Positions 1 to 12,794 of a DNA stretch of 64,000 nucleotides are shown one piece after another. This DNA is from Ascidiella aspersa (taxonomy: Eukaryota). How positions within the stretch are numbered: position 1 is the stretch's first letter; each line of letters begins with the position of its first letter. The stretch covers positions 12,028,001-12,092,000 of the forward strand of contig OZ004607.1 of the NCBI GenBank assembly GCA_963924565.1, in the 5' to 3' direction. The notes beneath the pieces were generated by a model. It did no database searches. It was not told the origin of the DNA and saw nothing but the letters and a program-made list of their open reading frames with translations. Both the position numbers and the translations under genes were made by a program.

Positions 1-930
1 ATTTCATAAGATGGCATATGCTACTACTAATGGCTGAATTCACACAATTTAACAGCAATCCTTCACAAAACTAGAAATTGTTGCCTCTTTGGCACCAATT
101 TTTCAAACTAACCACGTTGCTGGGATTTGACAGCAGACTGAGCATAACAGTCAGCTGCAACCAATGATACTGATTGATACTGACTGGCCCAATTTGATAG
201 TTTTTACCGGAGCTGGCGCCGGAGCAGTGGTATCAATAAGCTCCGGAGCTGGAGCCAGAGCAATTTAACATTTACGCCTGCTTCAATTAGCCCTGATTTC
301 AATATTATGTTTCACCACAAACTTTTTAACAGACAATTGTCACACTGTTCAACAAACAGCTATGGTTTCAATAAAAAAAATCTGTAAATCATGTTGTACT
401 AATATGCAATGATTTTTAAATTATTAAAATGGGTCTGTTTTAGCACATATCTTACTATAGGTTAAATGTTGACCACTTTATTTTATTTAGTTTGCGCTGA
501 ATTTATTTTAAATAAAAAAACAAGATAAAATATGTTATTTCTATGAACTACATTGTGAATTTGTCGTCAAGTTACGATTGTTATCTAATAATGGACTGTT
601 TTAGGACTGGGCAGAAACTGGGAAAAATGAAATCACATTTGCAACTGTTAATTAATAATTTATTGTTAGTTATTTATAGCAAATTTGACTGAATTTAAAA
701 GTTATCTGATTTATCAAATAACCTTTGAGAATGTATCGATTCAAGGTGGGTTTAATATGAGATAATCCTTGTGATATATTGCACAATTTTAGCTTACTTT
801 TCATAAAAATAAATTAACCTTAGGCTACAAAAGTTGCCTAATCGTTAACCTAAAACTGTAAATAAATATTTAGCAAAGATTGTAGAGAAAGATAGACTTG
901 GTTAGACAATACTAAACGTTGATATCTTAG

Positions 931-3555
931 ATTGCGTCGAATGAGACCAGCATCGCAATAAGAAATCTGCCAGGAATGATTCCCCAGATTCAAGCCATTA
1001 CAATGCGAAATGCTCCCTGCAATTACCGGAAGGACATTGCAGGGGCTGGAATGTTTCCGTTTCAAATTACTGACTTCACGAAGTTGCTGGTAAGTAGACC
1101 TAGTTTTAAATCACCAGCTTTTATAATGTGATAAGGTTACATGTGAAATTTTATTAATATATGTAAATTTTTCTTTGAGTTTTGGAGTTTGGTGTTAAAC
1201 ATATGTCTAGTTAAACGTTTATTGCCGGTAGAAAGGAGAATAGTATCCTGTGAACAACGTCCACCAATGCAAACGCATTTATATAATAAGTTTTTATTCT
1301 GTTTAATAGAAACATCTGCCTTCTGAATATGTCAGCACCCTTTTCCCAATTGCCGTTCAAAAAGAAGAGGTAACTAATAAATGCCTAAAACGTTGGTTTC
1401 TGCATTTACTAAAGACTTTTTGTGCAGAATGAGACTTCAGGACAACCCGAGTCCTTTACTGAGAGAGTTCAGATAAATGATCAAAGTGGTAATTCTAACA
1501 AGAACGCAACATCGCACAAAAATTCAATAACTGTAAGTTTATTATTTGTTTTTATTAATAAGTATCAGACAACATATTTTACTCTAAAATTTAACAATTA
1601 CATTCGATAGAATAAAAAATTAAATTACACTATGTTAAAGACTGGCCCATCAACTTAGTACGATTTCAGACTGTCAGTGAAAACCAACGTAGATTATCGC
1701 TTTACAGATGGAAAAATTTCAAACAACCGCGGTTCAAAATGCAAAAGGAGAATTTTCGCTAAATGTTACGCAACCGGAAATGATAGGCAGCACTATAGCA
1801 ATGTGGATAAAAGCCATATTTACTTTGGTAGGTCGACATTTTGTTCCTGCTTCATTCAATATTATTTATGTTAAGCTTTTATCTTTCATATTTAATTTGC
1901 TACTTCGTAGGTGTCTTCAGAAGTGGTATAGACGCATAGGCGACAATAGTTGATTTGAGCTGGCTTCAAATACACTTTGGTGTAAGTGTTTTGCATCCGT
2001 ATCGTGTTGTTAAACTATAATACATGAACTTAGAAAGTATTCTTAAGGATAAATGATTAAAAAATAAAAAATAAAAATAAGCTGGTTGAGTCTTGCTTTC
2101 CCAATTAGTAAGGATATCTCAATATATGACCACGGGGGTCCTTGTATTCACATAATTTCAAAAAATATTTTCCGTTTATTTAAAAGTACTACAGAAGAAT
2201 AATCAGCTAAAACGTTAACAACGATTTTTTTAGATTGGAAATCACCGTGGAATTAAGGTAAATAATAGTTTTATCAGTATCAGTAAAATTAGTATTCAAC
2301 TTATCGTAGTTTTTGTAATATTAATTCAGTTATTTCATTTGTAGAAAAAGTGTCGAACCAGAGAAATAACCCGTCAGTTGGCTGTCACTCTACCACCTAC
2401 CTTGGCTGGAAATCAAATTTTGCTTCACCAGCTATCGAAGAAAATTTTACGAACTAAGGTAAAACGATGTTCAAATAGCAATAAAGCGTAAAAAACCTGT
2501 TGGTTTGTTGTCCAATGTAAAATTTAATAAAAGAATTGTTGAATTTACAGTTTGAACCTTTCAGTTTGGTACAATGCATCGTTTCTCATAAAAGGCTGAG
2601 GGAAAATTATAGACAGGTAAAAGGCAATAATAAAAAAAATGTAAAACGCTAAATTCAAGTTTTATATAAAAACATTTTGGTTATTATTTGTTTTTAAGGT
2701 ATCTCAAAAGCCGAAAAGTTGTACCAACAATCCATATATGAATCACAAACAGGTTTGCCATTTTTTATGTTTATCGGTAAAACTTGTTGTGTTTTTATAT
2801 TAGTTAGATATTTTTTATTAAGGAAAAATACGCAGCGAATATTGCTTCAGTTCAACATTTGCAAGTTGTGTGGAGGATTCTAACAAGCGCAATGAGAAGG
2901 TTTGAAGTCGTTAAGGCTGCGAGTAAATACAATATAGCAGGACATACTTATTTCTATGTGTTATTTAGAAACAAGAAGCAGTGAACGACGACAACATTAA
3001 CAAACTTCAACAACCGAAACGTCATGTCGATAGACCCGATGTAAATAAAAAGCAGGTTTGCAGTAACTTGTAACAGGATTAATCAAAATTATTTAAGAAA
3101 CAAACACCCAGGCCGTATGTACATGATTTAAACATGCTGATTTGCTAATATTTGTGGTCGATCCACCAAAAAATAAGGATATTTAACAAAAGTTACTCAT
3201 TTTTCCGAAAATATGGACGAAATTCCACATGTTAAAGTAAAGGCAAATGTTATTTTTACCAACTTTTCAAGGTATGATTATGGTTTAATTTTAGTGTATG
3301 TTACAGAAAAGCGCAATAAGACGTTTCGGAAGTTTCCTACGTAATACGATTTTCAGCTGGTTTCCTCGAAAGCGGTTTTAATGAAGGTAAGTTTACGTTT
3401 AAAACTATAAATTTATTTCAAAAAAACATCCCGTTGTATATATAATTCTACAATCTTTAACTATATTTTGCAAGAAAATGAAGTCGACAAGTGATGATAT
3501 TGTCCCGTCACACATGGATGTGCCACGTGCGGATCTGGAATTTATTTTAGTGTAA
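931..3555 (+). pseudogene. Multi-exon gene of unknown identity, probably an unprocessed pseudogene (possibly a glycosylated FN3-like membrane protein)
   Basis: Candidate exons with AG acceptors and, except the terminal one, GT donors: 931-1089, 1310-1369, 1428-1532, 1708-1827, 1911-1981, 2234-2257, 2345-2458, 2551-2616, 2699-2752, 2823-2899, 2969-3055, 3307-3386, 3475-3555 (stop). Ten are open multiples of 3 in phase 0. Three (71, 77, 80 nt) are 1 nt short of a multiple of 3, and two of these carry stops. No homolog recognised. Confidence 0.5.
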
Positions 3556-3557
3556 TG

Positions 3558-3984
3558 CAGGGGTCGGGAACCTATATGGCTCTTTTGATGAACGAATCTT
3601 GCTTCAAGAAAAATCTAAGCTAATGTTTCTGAGCATGATCTCAAATAAAACTTCACGCTGCACGACCGCTTTTTTCTTTAGTTTTCCTTTTTCAACTCAC
3701 ATAATGGCAAATTTTCTGCGATTCGTGCGAATGCTATTTGTTTCGAGCCTGTTATACCCTTCAAAGAAGTCTCTTATATTAAAGGCGAAAAGTTGCGCAA
3801 ACTTAATTAATTTTTAGTGCATATTATGTTCTGTTCTTTAAACGAATAAACGCGTCCGTGTTCAATTTTGTATTTTTTTCCAACCTATACCTACGTTAAA
3901 AAGTGTTATATGGCTCTCATTGAAATACAACAAAGAATATTTGGCTTATATTGCTCCTTTAACTAAAAAGGTTCACCAACCCTG
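3558..3984. mobile_element. Non-autonomous hAT (Charlie/Buster-like) MITE
   Basis: Termini CAGGGGTCGGGAACC ... GGTTCACCAACCCTG; 8-bp TSD gtgtaatg/gtctaatg. Confidence 0.75.
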
Positions 3985-4137
3985 GTCTAATGTGTTTATA
4001 TTTTTTTATATTTGTATGACTTATCCATATTTTTGTAAAATAAAAACTTATTTGGAATATGAATACATGAAGCGTAGGTATAGCTAGGTAGTAAAAAAAT
4101 CATTCGTGCAAAATTGGAAATCAATTAGTGGTTAATT

Positions 4138-5122
4138 TTAAGCCTTTCAAACTGATTTTTTATATCCGTATTACTCTGAAGCCCATTAAAATTTATTTCG
4201 CTTAAAGTGAAACTAAAACAATGTGCTATGTTCGTTAAAAGTGCGACATTCTAAGCACAGAATACATACATTATATCGAATCTAAACTTTTCCAAAGAGA
4301 TAGCAGAAAACTAAAACAGTGCGTATTATACCATTAAGTTAAAACCTAGGGTAAAAGTAGAATAATTTTCTACTTTTACCCCAGACATAATTGAACGCAA
4401 GAAAACTTTCACAGATGATGTCACCAATTCTTGTCCTAACCAGTCATTTAAAATAGGTAAAACTTAGGAAACCTCTGGTTATCGTTCCACATGGTACACA
4501 AGTTTATCGGACACCGCTGACCACCTTTTATACACCCCTGTCTTTACAATTTGAGCAAATAAATTCCTTGTGAGATTCTCTAGATTTGTTTTAAACTAAC
4601 TGGTTTTAAACAAATTTGTTGTAGAAGTTGAAATTAAAGTTCTATTGTTCCTTTTGGTATACATACTGCTTGTAAAGTGTAGATTAATTAAAATTAAGCA
4701 TTCTTCGTGACCAATTAAGGAATCATGCTATACCTAGTGGTTTCACCTTAATTTCCTAATGACTATAAGCCTTTCAAACTGATTTTTTATATCCGTATTA
4801 CTCTGAAGCCCATTAGAATTTATTTCGCTTGAAGTAAAACTAAAACAATGTGCTATGTTCGTTAAAAGTACGACATTTAAGCACAGAATACATAGATTAT
4901 ATCGAATCCAAACTTTTCCAAAGATATAGCGGAAAACTAAAGCAGTGCGTATTATACCATTAAGTTAAAATCTAGGGTGAAAGTAGAATAATTTTCTTCA
5001 AAGAACGCAAGTAAACTTTCTCTAATGATGTCAGTAATTTATGTCATAACGAGTGGTTTAAAAAAGGTAAAACTTAATAAACCTACGGTTATCGTTCCAT
5101 GTGGTGCACAAATATATCGGAT
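4138..5122 (+). repeat. Diverged local direct duplication (~4138-4512 vs ~4766-5122)
   Basis: Both copies start TAAGCCTTTCAAACTGATTTTTTATATCCGTATTACTCTGAAGCCCATT and end ...GGTTATCGTTCCA..GGT.CACAA...TATCGGA. Confidence 0.85.
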
Positions 5123-5823
5123 TTGTAGGTTTCTATTGTTTTCCTAGTTTTTATTAAAATATATTTACAGAAAAAATACTGTCAAATACAAGCAGCATCA
5201 ACGAAAAACTTTTATTGATGCAGAAACAGCAAGTAAATTTAACAGGTAGGCTATGGTGTTATTTAACGGTTTCACTGATCACATTTTTTACGTGAAAAAG
5301 TGTGAATTAAATTGTTTTTGATATTGGAACGATGATATTTTTTTACCACAACGCATGACAACTTTTAGAGATGACGTCACAAATTTACGCCATAACGGGT
5401 CGCATAATATAAGCAACTCACTCGTTATCCGATTTGGTCGGCAGTAATGCTTAACTAGCATATCGCATATTTGAATAATATAGCCTACGGAGTATCAAGC
5501 ACCCCTAATATATGGACCACCATCAACTGAGTCAAGAGTTTAAAAATACACGAACAAACGGTGTGAATATAACTCATTTAAGATGTCGCCCTAACCTGCC
5601 AAAGCAAAAGTAGGCGACTAAAGTTCCCAACCCAAAAACTTTTTTTACAACCTGAAATCATTACCATGGCGCTAATTAAACTGATCATTTTCAATTATTC
5701 GTAAACCTTTCAAAATGTGGCGGCGCACCTGACAAGCGAGTCGACTGCTAACTTTGTTTGGATACTTTGTTTTTTGCTGGCAGTTTTTATAACATCAGGT
5801 TCCTAATTTTATTATCTATTAAG

Positions 5824-6197
5824 CAGCTTGCGGAGTCGGTTAAAAATAACCCGACTCCAACTCCCGAGTCCGACTCCGGCCAAATGTGTGATTTCGTCAA
5901 TTTCCGAGTCCGTCTGCAACCCTACAGCATTTCATTTTCCCATTTACGTAACTAAACTAAGGTGGATTTTCAACAATCCCCTCATAGGGGTGTCATATAT
6001 CTCATCCAACCACAATACATTGCTGGAAAATATCCACCATATGCTATTTCGCCTTTTCAATTTGCATTTGGCGGCATTATTAGTTTTAAAATTGTTACTG
6101 CGCACGTCGGACTCGGGACTCAGGCAGTCCGACTTTAGCAAAACAAATCGACTACGGTACGTTGAGTCCCAAATCTGACTCCGACTCCACAGCTCTG
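5824..6197. mobile_element. MITE with GGAGTCGG/CCGACTCC subterminal repeats
   Basis: Degenerate TIR cagc..gcggagtcgg / ccgactccacagctctg; reverse-complement homolog at 33945-34323. Confidence 0.75.
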
Positions 6198-6217
6198 CTT
6201 TAAAATACGATGTGCTT

Positions 6218-6742
6218 AATAAGACAGGCCGAAATAAAAATAAAAAAATAAAATAGGCCTTTCCTGTTGTAAATTATGAAAACACACGGTATGTTAGTTA
6301 AAGTTCGATGGAAACACAGAATAAGCCCCAAGAGCAACAAGATCTAACTCGGAATAAATCCAAAATGTAACGGAAAAAAATCTAAATGGACAAAATAACG
6401 CTCAAAATTGCAAAAAAAAGGGTATGGGTCGATTAGAGGACATATTCTTGGCATCGGCCGTTTTGGTGTCGACGTTTGGGTGCCATAGGTTTTGGCACAG
6501 GATTATTTGCCTCTGTTTGGGTTTAGGCGCGAGTAATGGGTAGAATAAGAATTTGGGTTATGGTAAAAATTATTAGGGGAGTTTGTGTTGAAGTTATGGG
6601 TGGGGTTTGGGGTTAAGTAAAAGGTAGCAAAGGCCTTATTCTTGCCATTTAGGCCTTACTCGGATGAATTTAGGTCTTATTTTGATTTAAACGCTATTAG
6701 GAGTATTAGGTATTAGTTCCATTTTGGTCTTACTCCGAACTG
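6218..6742. mobile_element. Degenerate MITE family (AATAAGAC..AAAATAGG / TATTTTGGTCTTA.TCCG ends, GGGTTA-like core)
   Basis: Similar segments at ~16115-16250, ~34445-34887 and ~53205-53227. Confidence 0.5.
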
Positions 6743-7148
6743 TTTTTTATGCTGAAGTTGCTGTTGTTTTAATTGCGGTTTTATGGCGGAAGCCCCGCTA
6801 GAAATGTTGCAATAGTTCCTCTTTCTTTGTTAGCGAAGAGCCAACATCAACGATTGGGACTTCAATAGGGGCTACGCATCCAGTCATATTGCTCAGTGTT
6901 TATTCACAGAAAATATTGACTAGAGTTTATTCTAAAATTGTTCGCAAATTCTACAAATAATACAGAATTTTTGTAACATTTTTTCCCCATTTTCTCGCGG
7001 CGCACCTGGCCACCTTCCACGGCGCACCGGTTGAGAAACGCTGCTGTAGAGTGTAGATCAATTATGAAAAAAGCTTTCTTCGTGACCAATTTATGAATCA
7101 TACTATACCTAGTGGTTTCAACTTAATTTCCTAATGATGGGGTGCAAC

Positions 7149-8360
7149 CATGGGCGCCCGCACGGGGGAGCGGGCGCCCCCCCCCCCCCCCCCCCTACAA
7201 TTTGAAAATGCGATTATTAGTATTATTTACAAGTGTAATATGTATGTATTACTTATAAAGGTTAAAAATGTTATACATTATCCATTGCCCCCAATAGCGT
7301 ATCCAGGGGGCGGGAGTTCTTACCCCCATTTTGTAAGTGATATTATCGTTTTTTGTTCGTTTTTGTCATGGTTTAACAAACTGTTCGAAGCGGCGTGCTT
7401 TTTGTAATTGGGTCACGCGTCTTAATCTAATGAGAAACCAAAATCGAGTGCAAAACGCCATTTATCGCCTTTTGTTTGGTCGACCGTAAACGCTGGAAGT
7501 TTTTCTCTTTTGTTATTTTTTTAGGTTGACTGATTAGCAAGTGTGTATTGGACAATTGACAACGCTAAGTCAAACCTTCTTTCTTTTTTTTCTTGCTGAA
7601 AAACGTCGAGTTATACGCCGTATGCTCCTCGCTGTTCGGTCTCTGCGCTAATATCCGATGTTGGTATAACATCGACATTTGTTTAACTGAAGCAGATTTT
7701 TAAAAGGAAGTATAATGGTGACTGTCGTGCGCGTTTCAAAGTCTCCATTTTTAAGTAATGATGGTTAACGCAAAATTATGCTCTTTAAGCATGCTCTAAG
7801 ACCACGTACTAAGTGTGCAATGGACACAACTTATTCCCCTCCACAGCTTGTAATTTAGGTGACTTGGCACATAGCTCGGCGCAGATGTTGATAATAATAC
7901 CCGGAAAAAACGACCTTCGTTTAGTAGTGCAGGTGGTGAAAGACGTGCTTGTAATTTAGCGCTCGTTCTGTTCATGGAACTTGAAAACTGCGCTGCTGAT
8001 AGTCGAATTATGTGTGATTCTACCACAATTAATCACACATATTTCACGGTCTTGGTTTGTTTTTTTTGACTGAAGTTAACGATTGCACACCGTGATTTCG
8101 CAGTTGGCGCCTGACAGGATTGTCGACGACGCACGTGTTCGCTTTTGCTGGACGTATTTGTCTGTTTCTGATTAGTTTTTTTATCACGTCTTGCAATCAC
8201 CATTCTATGACGTCATACTGTCACTGTTTTATCATTATTCATTTACGTCAGACGAAAAATAGGGGAAGTCCCTAAGTTGAAAATTCAGGACCCCCCCTTT
8301 TTGATTTTCTGGTTACGCCCCTGGTTGCCCCCCCTGGAAAATTTTCTGCGGGCGCCCCTG
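7149..8360. mobile_element. hAT-type MITE, outer element of a nested pair
   Basis: TIR CATGGGCGCCCGCA / TGCGGGCGCCCCTG (13/14 match); 8-bp TSD ggtgcaac/ggtgcaat. Confidence 0.8.
7292..8323. mobile_element. ~1-kb non-autonomous hAT-type element nested in the previous MITE
   Basis: Ends caatagcgtatccag / ctggttacgcccctg; TSD attgcccc/gttgcccc. Confidence 0.65.
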
Positions 8361-11300
8361 GGTGCAATAATTTTTTTTTTATAAGACCATTCAAAAAAAA
8401 TTGAAGGTTGTAGGCAAAGTTACAAAATAAGTTTCCATTATATTAGATTGCAATTATTTTCGCTTTACGAATAACCTTCCGCTATTTCGTGTTTTTAAAT
8501 CCATGTTGTGTAACCCCAATTAACGTCTGAATAATTAATTATCAGGAAATCTTATAAAGCATCCATAAACAGGTTGAATAAATTATTGGTAGGGGAGGCG
8601 GGGAAAAACGGACCCCTTAAGGGATAAATGCTATATTACGAATATTTTTTGATGAATAGGGTATCAACTGAAAGGGATTTATCAAGCTCGATAACAGAAA
8701 ACTAATGACACGGACAGCATTAAAAGTGAGTGCGACATAAAATAGAAGATTCGTAGCATAGCCTACCTAGCACTAAAGTCTGTTTATACCTTGTTGTTAT
8801 TAAAACTGGATACTTATAACGTTTGTAGCTTTCGTAGATTTCTACCCATTTAGCTGTTGGTATGGAAAAGGTTTCTTTATTGCAACACAATAAAAGTATA
8901 TGTTGTAAAATATATATATTGTGCAATACACAAATATGAAAAAATATCGTTATTGTTGTCTAGCTCTAGCGCACATATTATTTTATTGACCGTACCAGCA
9001 CTGCACATCTCGCGTGCCCATGTACCAGTTGGTAGAAAGAAAAGTAAAGTCAACATTGGATGTCCAGTCGAAGTTTTGATACAGAGCCTTCAATAGAGCA
9101 TGGAATGGTTTTACTTCTTGTACATACATTGAGCAAGAAGCCTTAATTTTTAGGCACTTTTAAAGATAAATGAACAAAATCTATTGACCGCATCTTTAGT
9201 AAAATTGTCCAGGAAATTTTGTCATTTGGGTTTTAGTTTATCCAAACAGTGAGCACTAGCCATTTAACTTAATTAATTTAGCATCGTATCATAGTTTTTT
9301 GCCCTAAGTATTTCATTTTAACTAAGTATTATAGTAAAACGAACTTAAATATTATTTCCCAAAAATCTCTCTTCGAATATATTTTTTACCTTTATTTAAC
9401 CAATAAAATCTATAATTAATTACCTACGACTAAACTATTTTTATCCGTAATTGAATTAAAATTTGACCAACAATACACATTGCAAATAATATTGTAACAG
9501 TTTATATCGTTCGTTTAACCACAGAAAATTCTACCTTTACTTGAAGACATATACAGAAATAGTCCCGAGTTCTAGGTGGATCAGATACGTAAGTTGAATA
9601 GGTTGCCAGAGTTGCGTTATTCAAATCATCTGTCAGTCGCTTTCGCCGTTTTCCCTCCATGTGGCAACCTTCAAACAAACGTCTGAATTATAGCGTTTTA
9701 ACTCTTTATTCTTGACACATTTTTAACGTGCAACGATTTATTTTTCTTGGGTTCATTTTCTGCATTAGTATTTTTTTCTTGGAAAGTGACGTTTCTTTCA
9801 TTCGTTTTTTCTTTTTGTATCAGCTTCTTGTCTCAGCCATTCTCAAATATTTCTCATTTAATTTATCACAAAGCAAATGAGAACCTTTATGGTTGTCATA
9901 TTTCTCAAATAACGTTTTTTTAAGAACACTGCGGAAAGCAAAATGGCGATTAAGTAAGATATTTGCTATGGTCTGCAGACAACAGAGCCAAAGCTATAAA
10001 GTGCAGTTTTGTCAGCACAGGCGCATCCATCAAACTAAAAAATAGTTTTTTGGTAGCATTTATTACTATTGCTTTACATTTATTAAGGAGCTATAAATTG
10101 TTACTCCTACAGTACACAGTCATGGTAAAACGTTTCAATGAGCTACGAGTTAAAAAAAAAACAGTAAGTTCCGGAATTTGATAAACCGGTACAGTAACTG
10201 ACAAAATTTAAGCTATAAAACAGCCGTGCCATGCTCGATTACCCCAAAAAATATATGTCAAATAAGCGGTATTAACAAATAACATACCATATAATAGAAT
10301 TTTACTTCCTCTGCACAGTTGTTGTCTTGTTTAGAAAGATCATGAGCATTAAGTTGTAATTTCCACGAATTCTTGACATGTTGTTATATACACAAAGCCT
10401 GACTCAATTGAAAGTATATTGTGTTCATGTATGTATTTCGGAGTTATAACAAAATAGCTACAACTGTGCAAGGTTAAACCCAAAAGTAATGTTGTTAACT
10501 GATTTGAGTAGCTCACAAAATACAAAATGTTGACACCTTTACAATATTAGGCAGAAAAATTACATTTGGGCTACGCCGCATTAACAAATGCGAAATTAGC
10601 CAGGGGCTAAATACGATGCTCTGTACTGTAAAGATTATTATTACTGAACGGCCAAAGCGGCGTTTCCGGAAGATTATTTTGGCAAGTACGCCGTCCGGTA
10701 ATGTTCTTTTTAAACAAGAAATATTCTTTATTTATCAGAACATGTCCCTTTATCACCAGGCCATTAACCGTCATCTTCGTGACTGAATTTAATTAACCCT
10801 AAAATTTCATTTGCGTATTTGTGCACGAGATTATAACCTCAGGTATCCTAAAATGACTTGTTTTAGACGTTCCGTTATAACTTTGTGACGTCATCTCTGA
10901 AAATGTTATTGCGTTTCGGTAAGAAAATTATTTTGCTTTCACCCCTGCTGTGGATTGTCAACATTTGCTAAGGTTATGATTAACACCGACTCGTACTGCG
11001 ATAAATGTGCATGGCAAAAAGACCAGAGGGTCTAAGCCACGCAGCTTGTGTTTAAGCAGTAGGTTGCATGTATTAATTTGAAAGTTAGAATAAATATTCC
11101 ACCACTCTGATTTTTTTTAATTTTCTTAGTTTTAAGCATAGGCAACTTCATTATTTTAATAAAGCAAAGCGAGTTCACCAGGTAAAATATTTTGGAAACC
11201 ACTGCACCCCATTTTTAAACGGGCCACAATTGACGTCTCAGTCGTCTGACCTACTCGAGTTATTTCAATAAACACTGAGGTACCATTTTAAATTCGGAAA

Positions 11301-12794
11301 TAAAAATCTCTGTAGTGCCCCTCTTCCATTGATGCTCTAGGCACCGGTGCTTATTTTGCTTAATGGTTTATCCAGCAATTACTAAACTAGAGGCTGAATA
11401 AATACATAGATAAAAACAATAGTGGATGTCACTGAAATATAGCATTAGTTAGAGTTTTTATAAATCAACTGAAGATTCATCTTGAAAGTCAAACATTTTA
11501 AATGACTAAAAAGTTATACTATATTATTACAATTACAAATATTTTTAGGATAACTCGTATAGGGGTCGCGCCCAACGTTATTAATAGTAACAAAAGTCTA
11601 ATGATAAAATTTGTTAAAAATTATAAAAAAAATTATTTGTTTGGAAATTTCTCAGAGTTTGCTGGCTAAAAAGTTTGTGAAGTTTTAATTCAGCGCATAA
11701 TGAAGAGTAGTGACCCTAACCCACGCATTTTTTCATCATTAATAACAAATAAATCATTCACGAACAAATCAGAGAAAATTTGGTTATATTTGAGTTGAGA
11801 TTTAACAAAAAACATTTAACGAATTGGTATGTAGTCTACCGGTTGGCTAGACGTCACAAAAGAATAGGTTTTTGATATTCAAAAATGCAACTTTCACGTG
11901 ATGATTAAACTTCAAGATTGAAAAGGACAGCGTTGTGTGAAATAGCCTTCGTGACCAGAAAACGCTCAGAATAGGATAAAAAGCACGTTGTGGTAGGCAA
12001 ATAACATCAAAGCCCAAATAGCTTTATTCGCCATTTAACCTATAAATGTTTGCTTAACATTGATGACCGTCGCATTTAATATTTTCTTCACGTCGATGTA
12101 CAACGTTCCTGTAGAATCACGGTTTTCTTGATTATGTGTGACGTCGTTTATTTGCAAAACAAATGGAACAGAGGACAAAAATAACGACTGTACATTTAGA
12201 GCATTTGCAATAAAGAAATAAAAAATAAGCGAAATCAAAAGAAAAAACACTGAACAATCTTAAACAAAACAACTTTAAATTGAGAGAGGACATAGATTGT
12301 TTCAAATGACGACATAAAACAACCATAATTTGAAAAACACGTGCTGTTTTCAATCGTATTACAGTAATCGCGAAGGCCTGGAGATATTTCTTTCGCGAAG
12401 ACCCTGGAGATATTTAACATAATAGAAACTTAAATAATTCACGCTAAGCGGGGGGTTATTCCCCCTTAAGTTCGCCCTTGCCCACCAAACCTTTAATGAT
12501 TTAAGAACTTTATAGAAGTTTGGTGAAATATACCAGACAGCCCAAGCATAGGTGCTCCAAAAGCATATAAATCATATGTTCTTCGAATATAATTACAGTA
12601 CAAACGGTTAACGTCCTTCTTTAGCAGAAATCTTTTGCAAAACAACTAATACAAATAGTGAATTTTTCGGAAGATATTTGCACAAATTTACAAGATTGCA
12701 TGTGTGCTTGTGGCGCTTGCGGATTTCACAAGAAATCTTTACGTATCGACAGTGAAAAAATCGAAACATTTTAACAGATTGCGCAATCTGGGTG

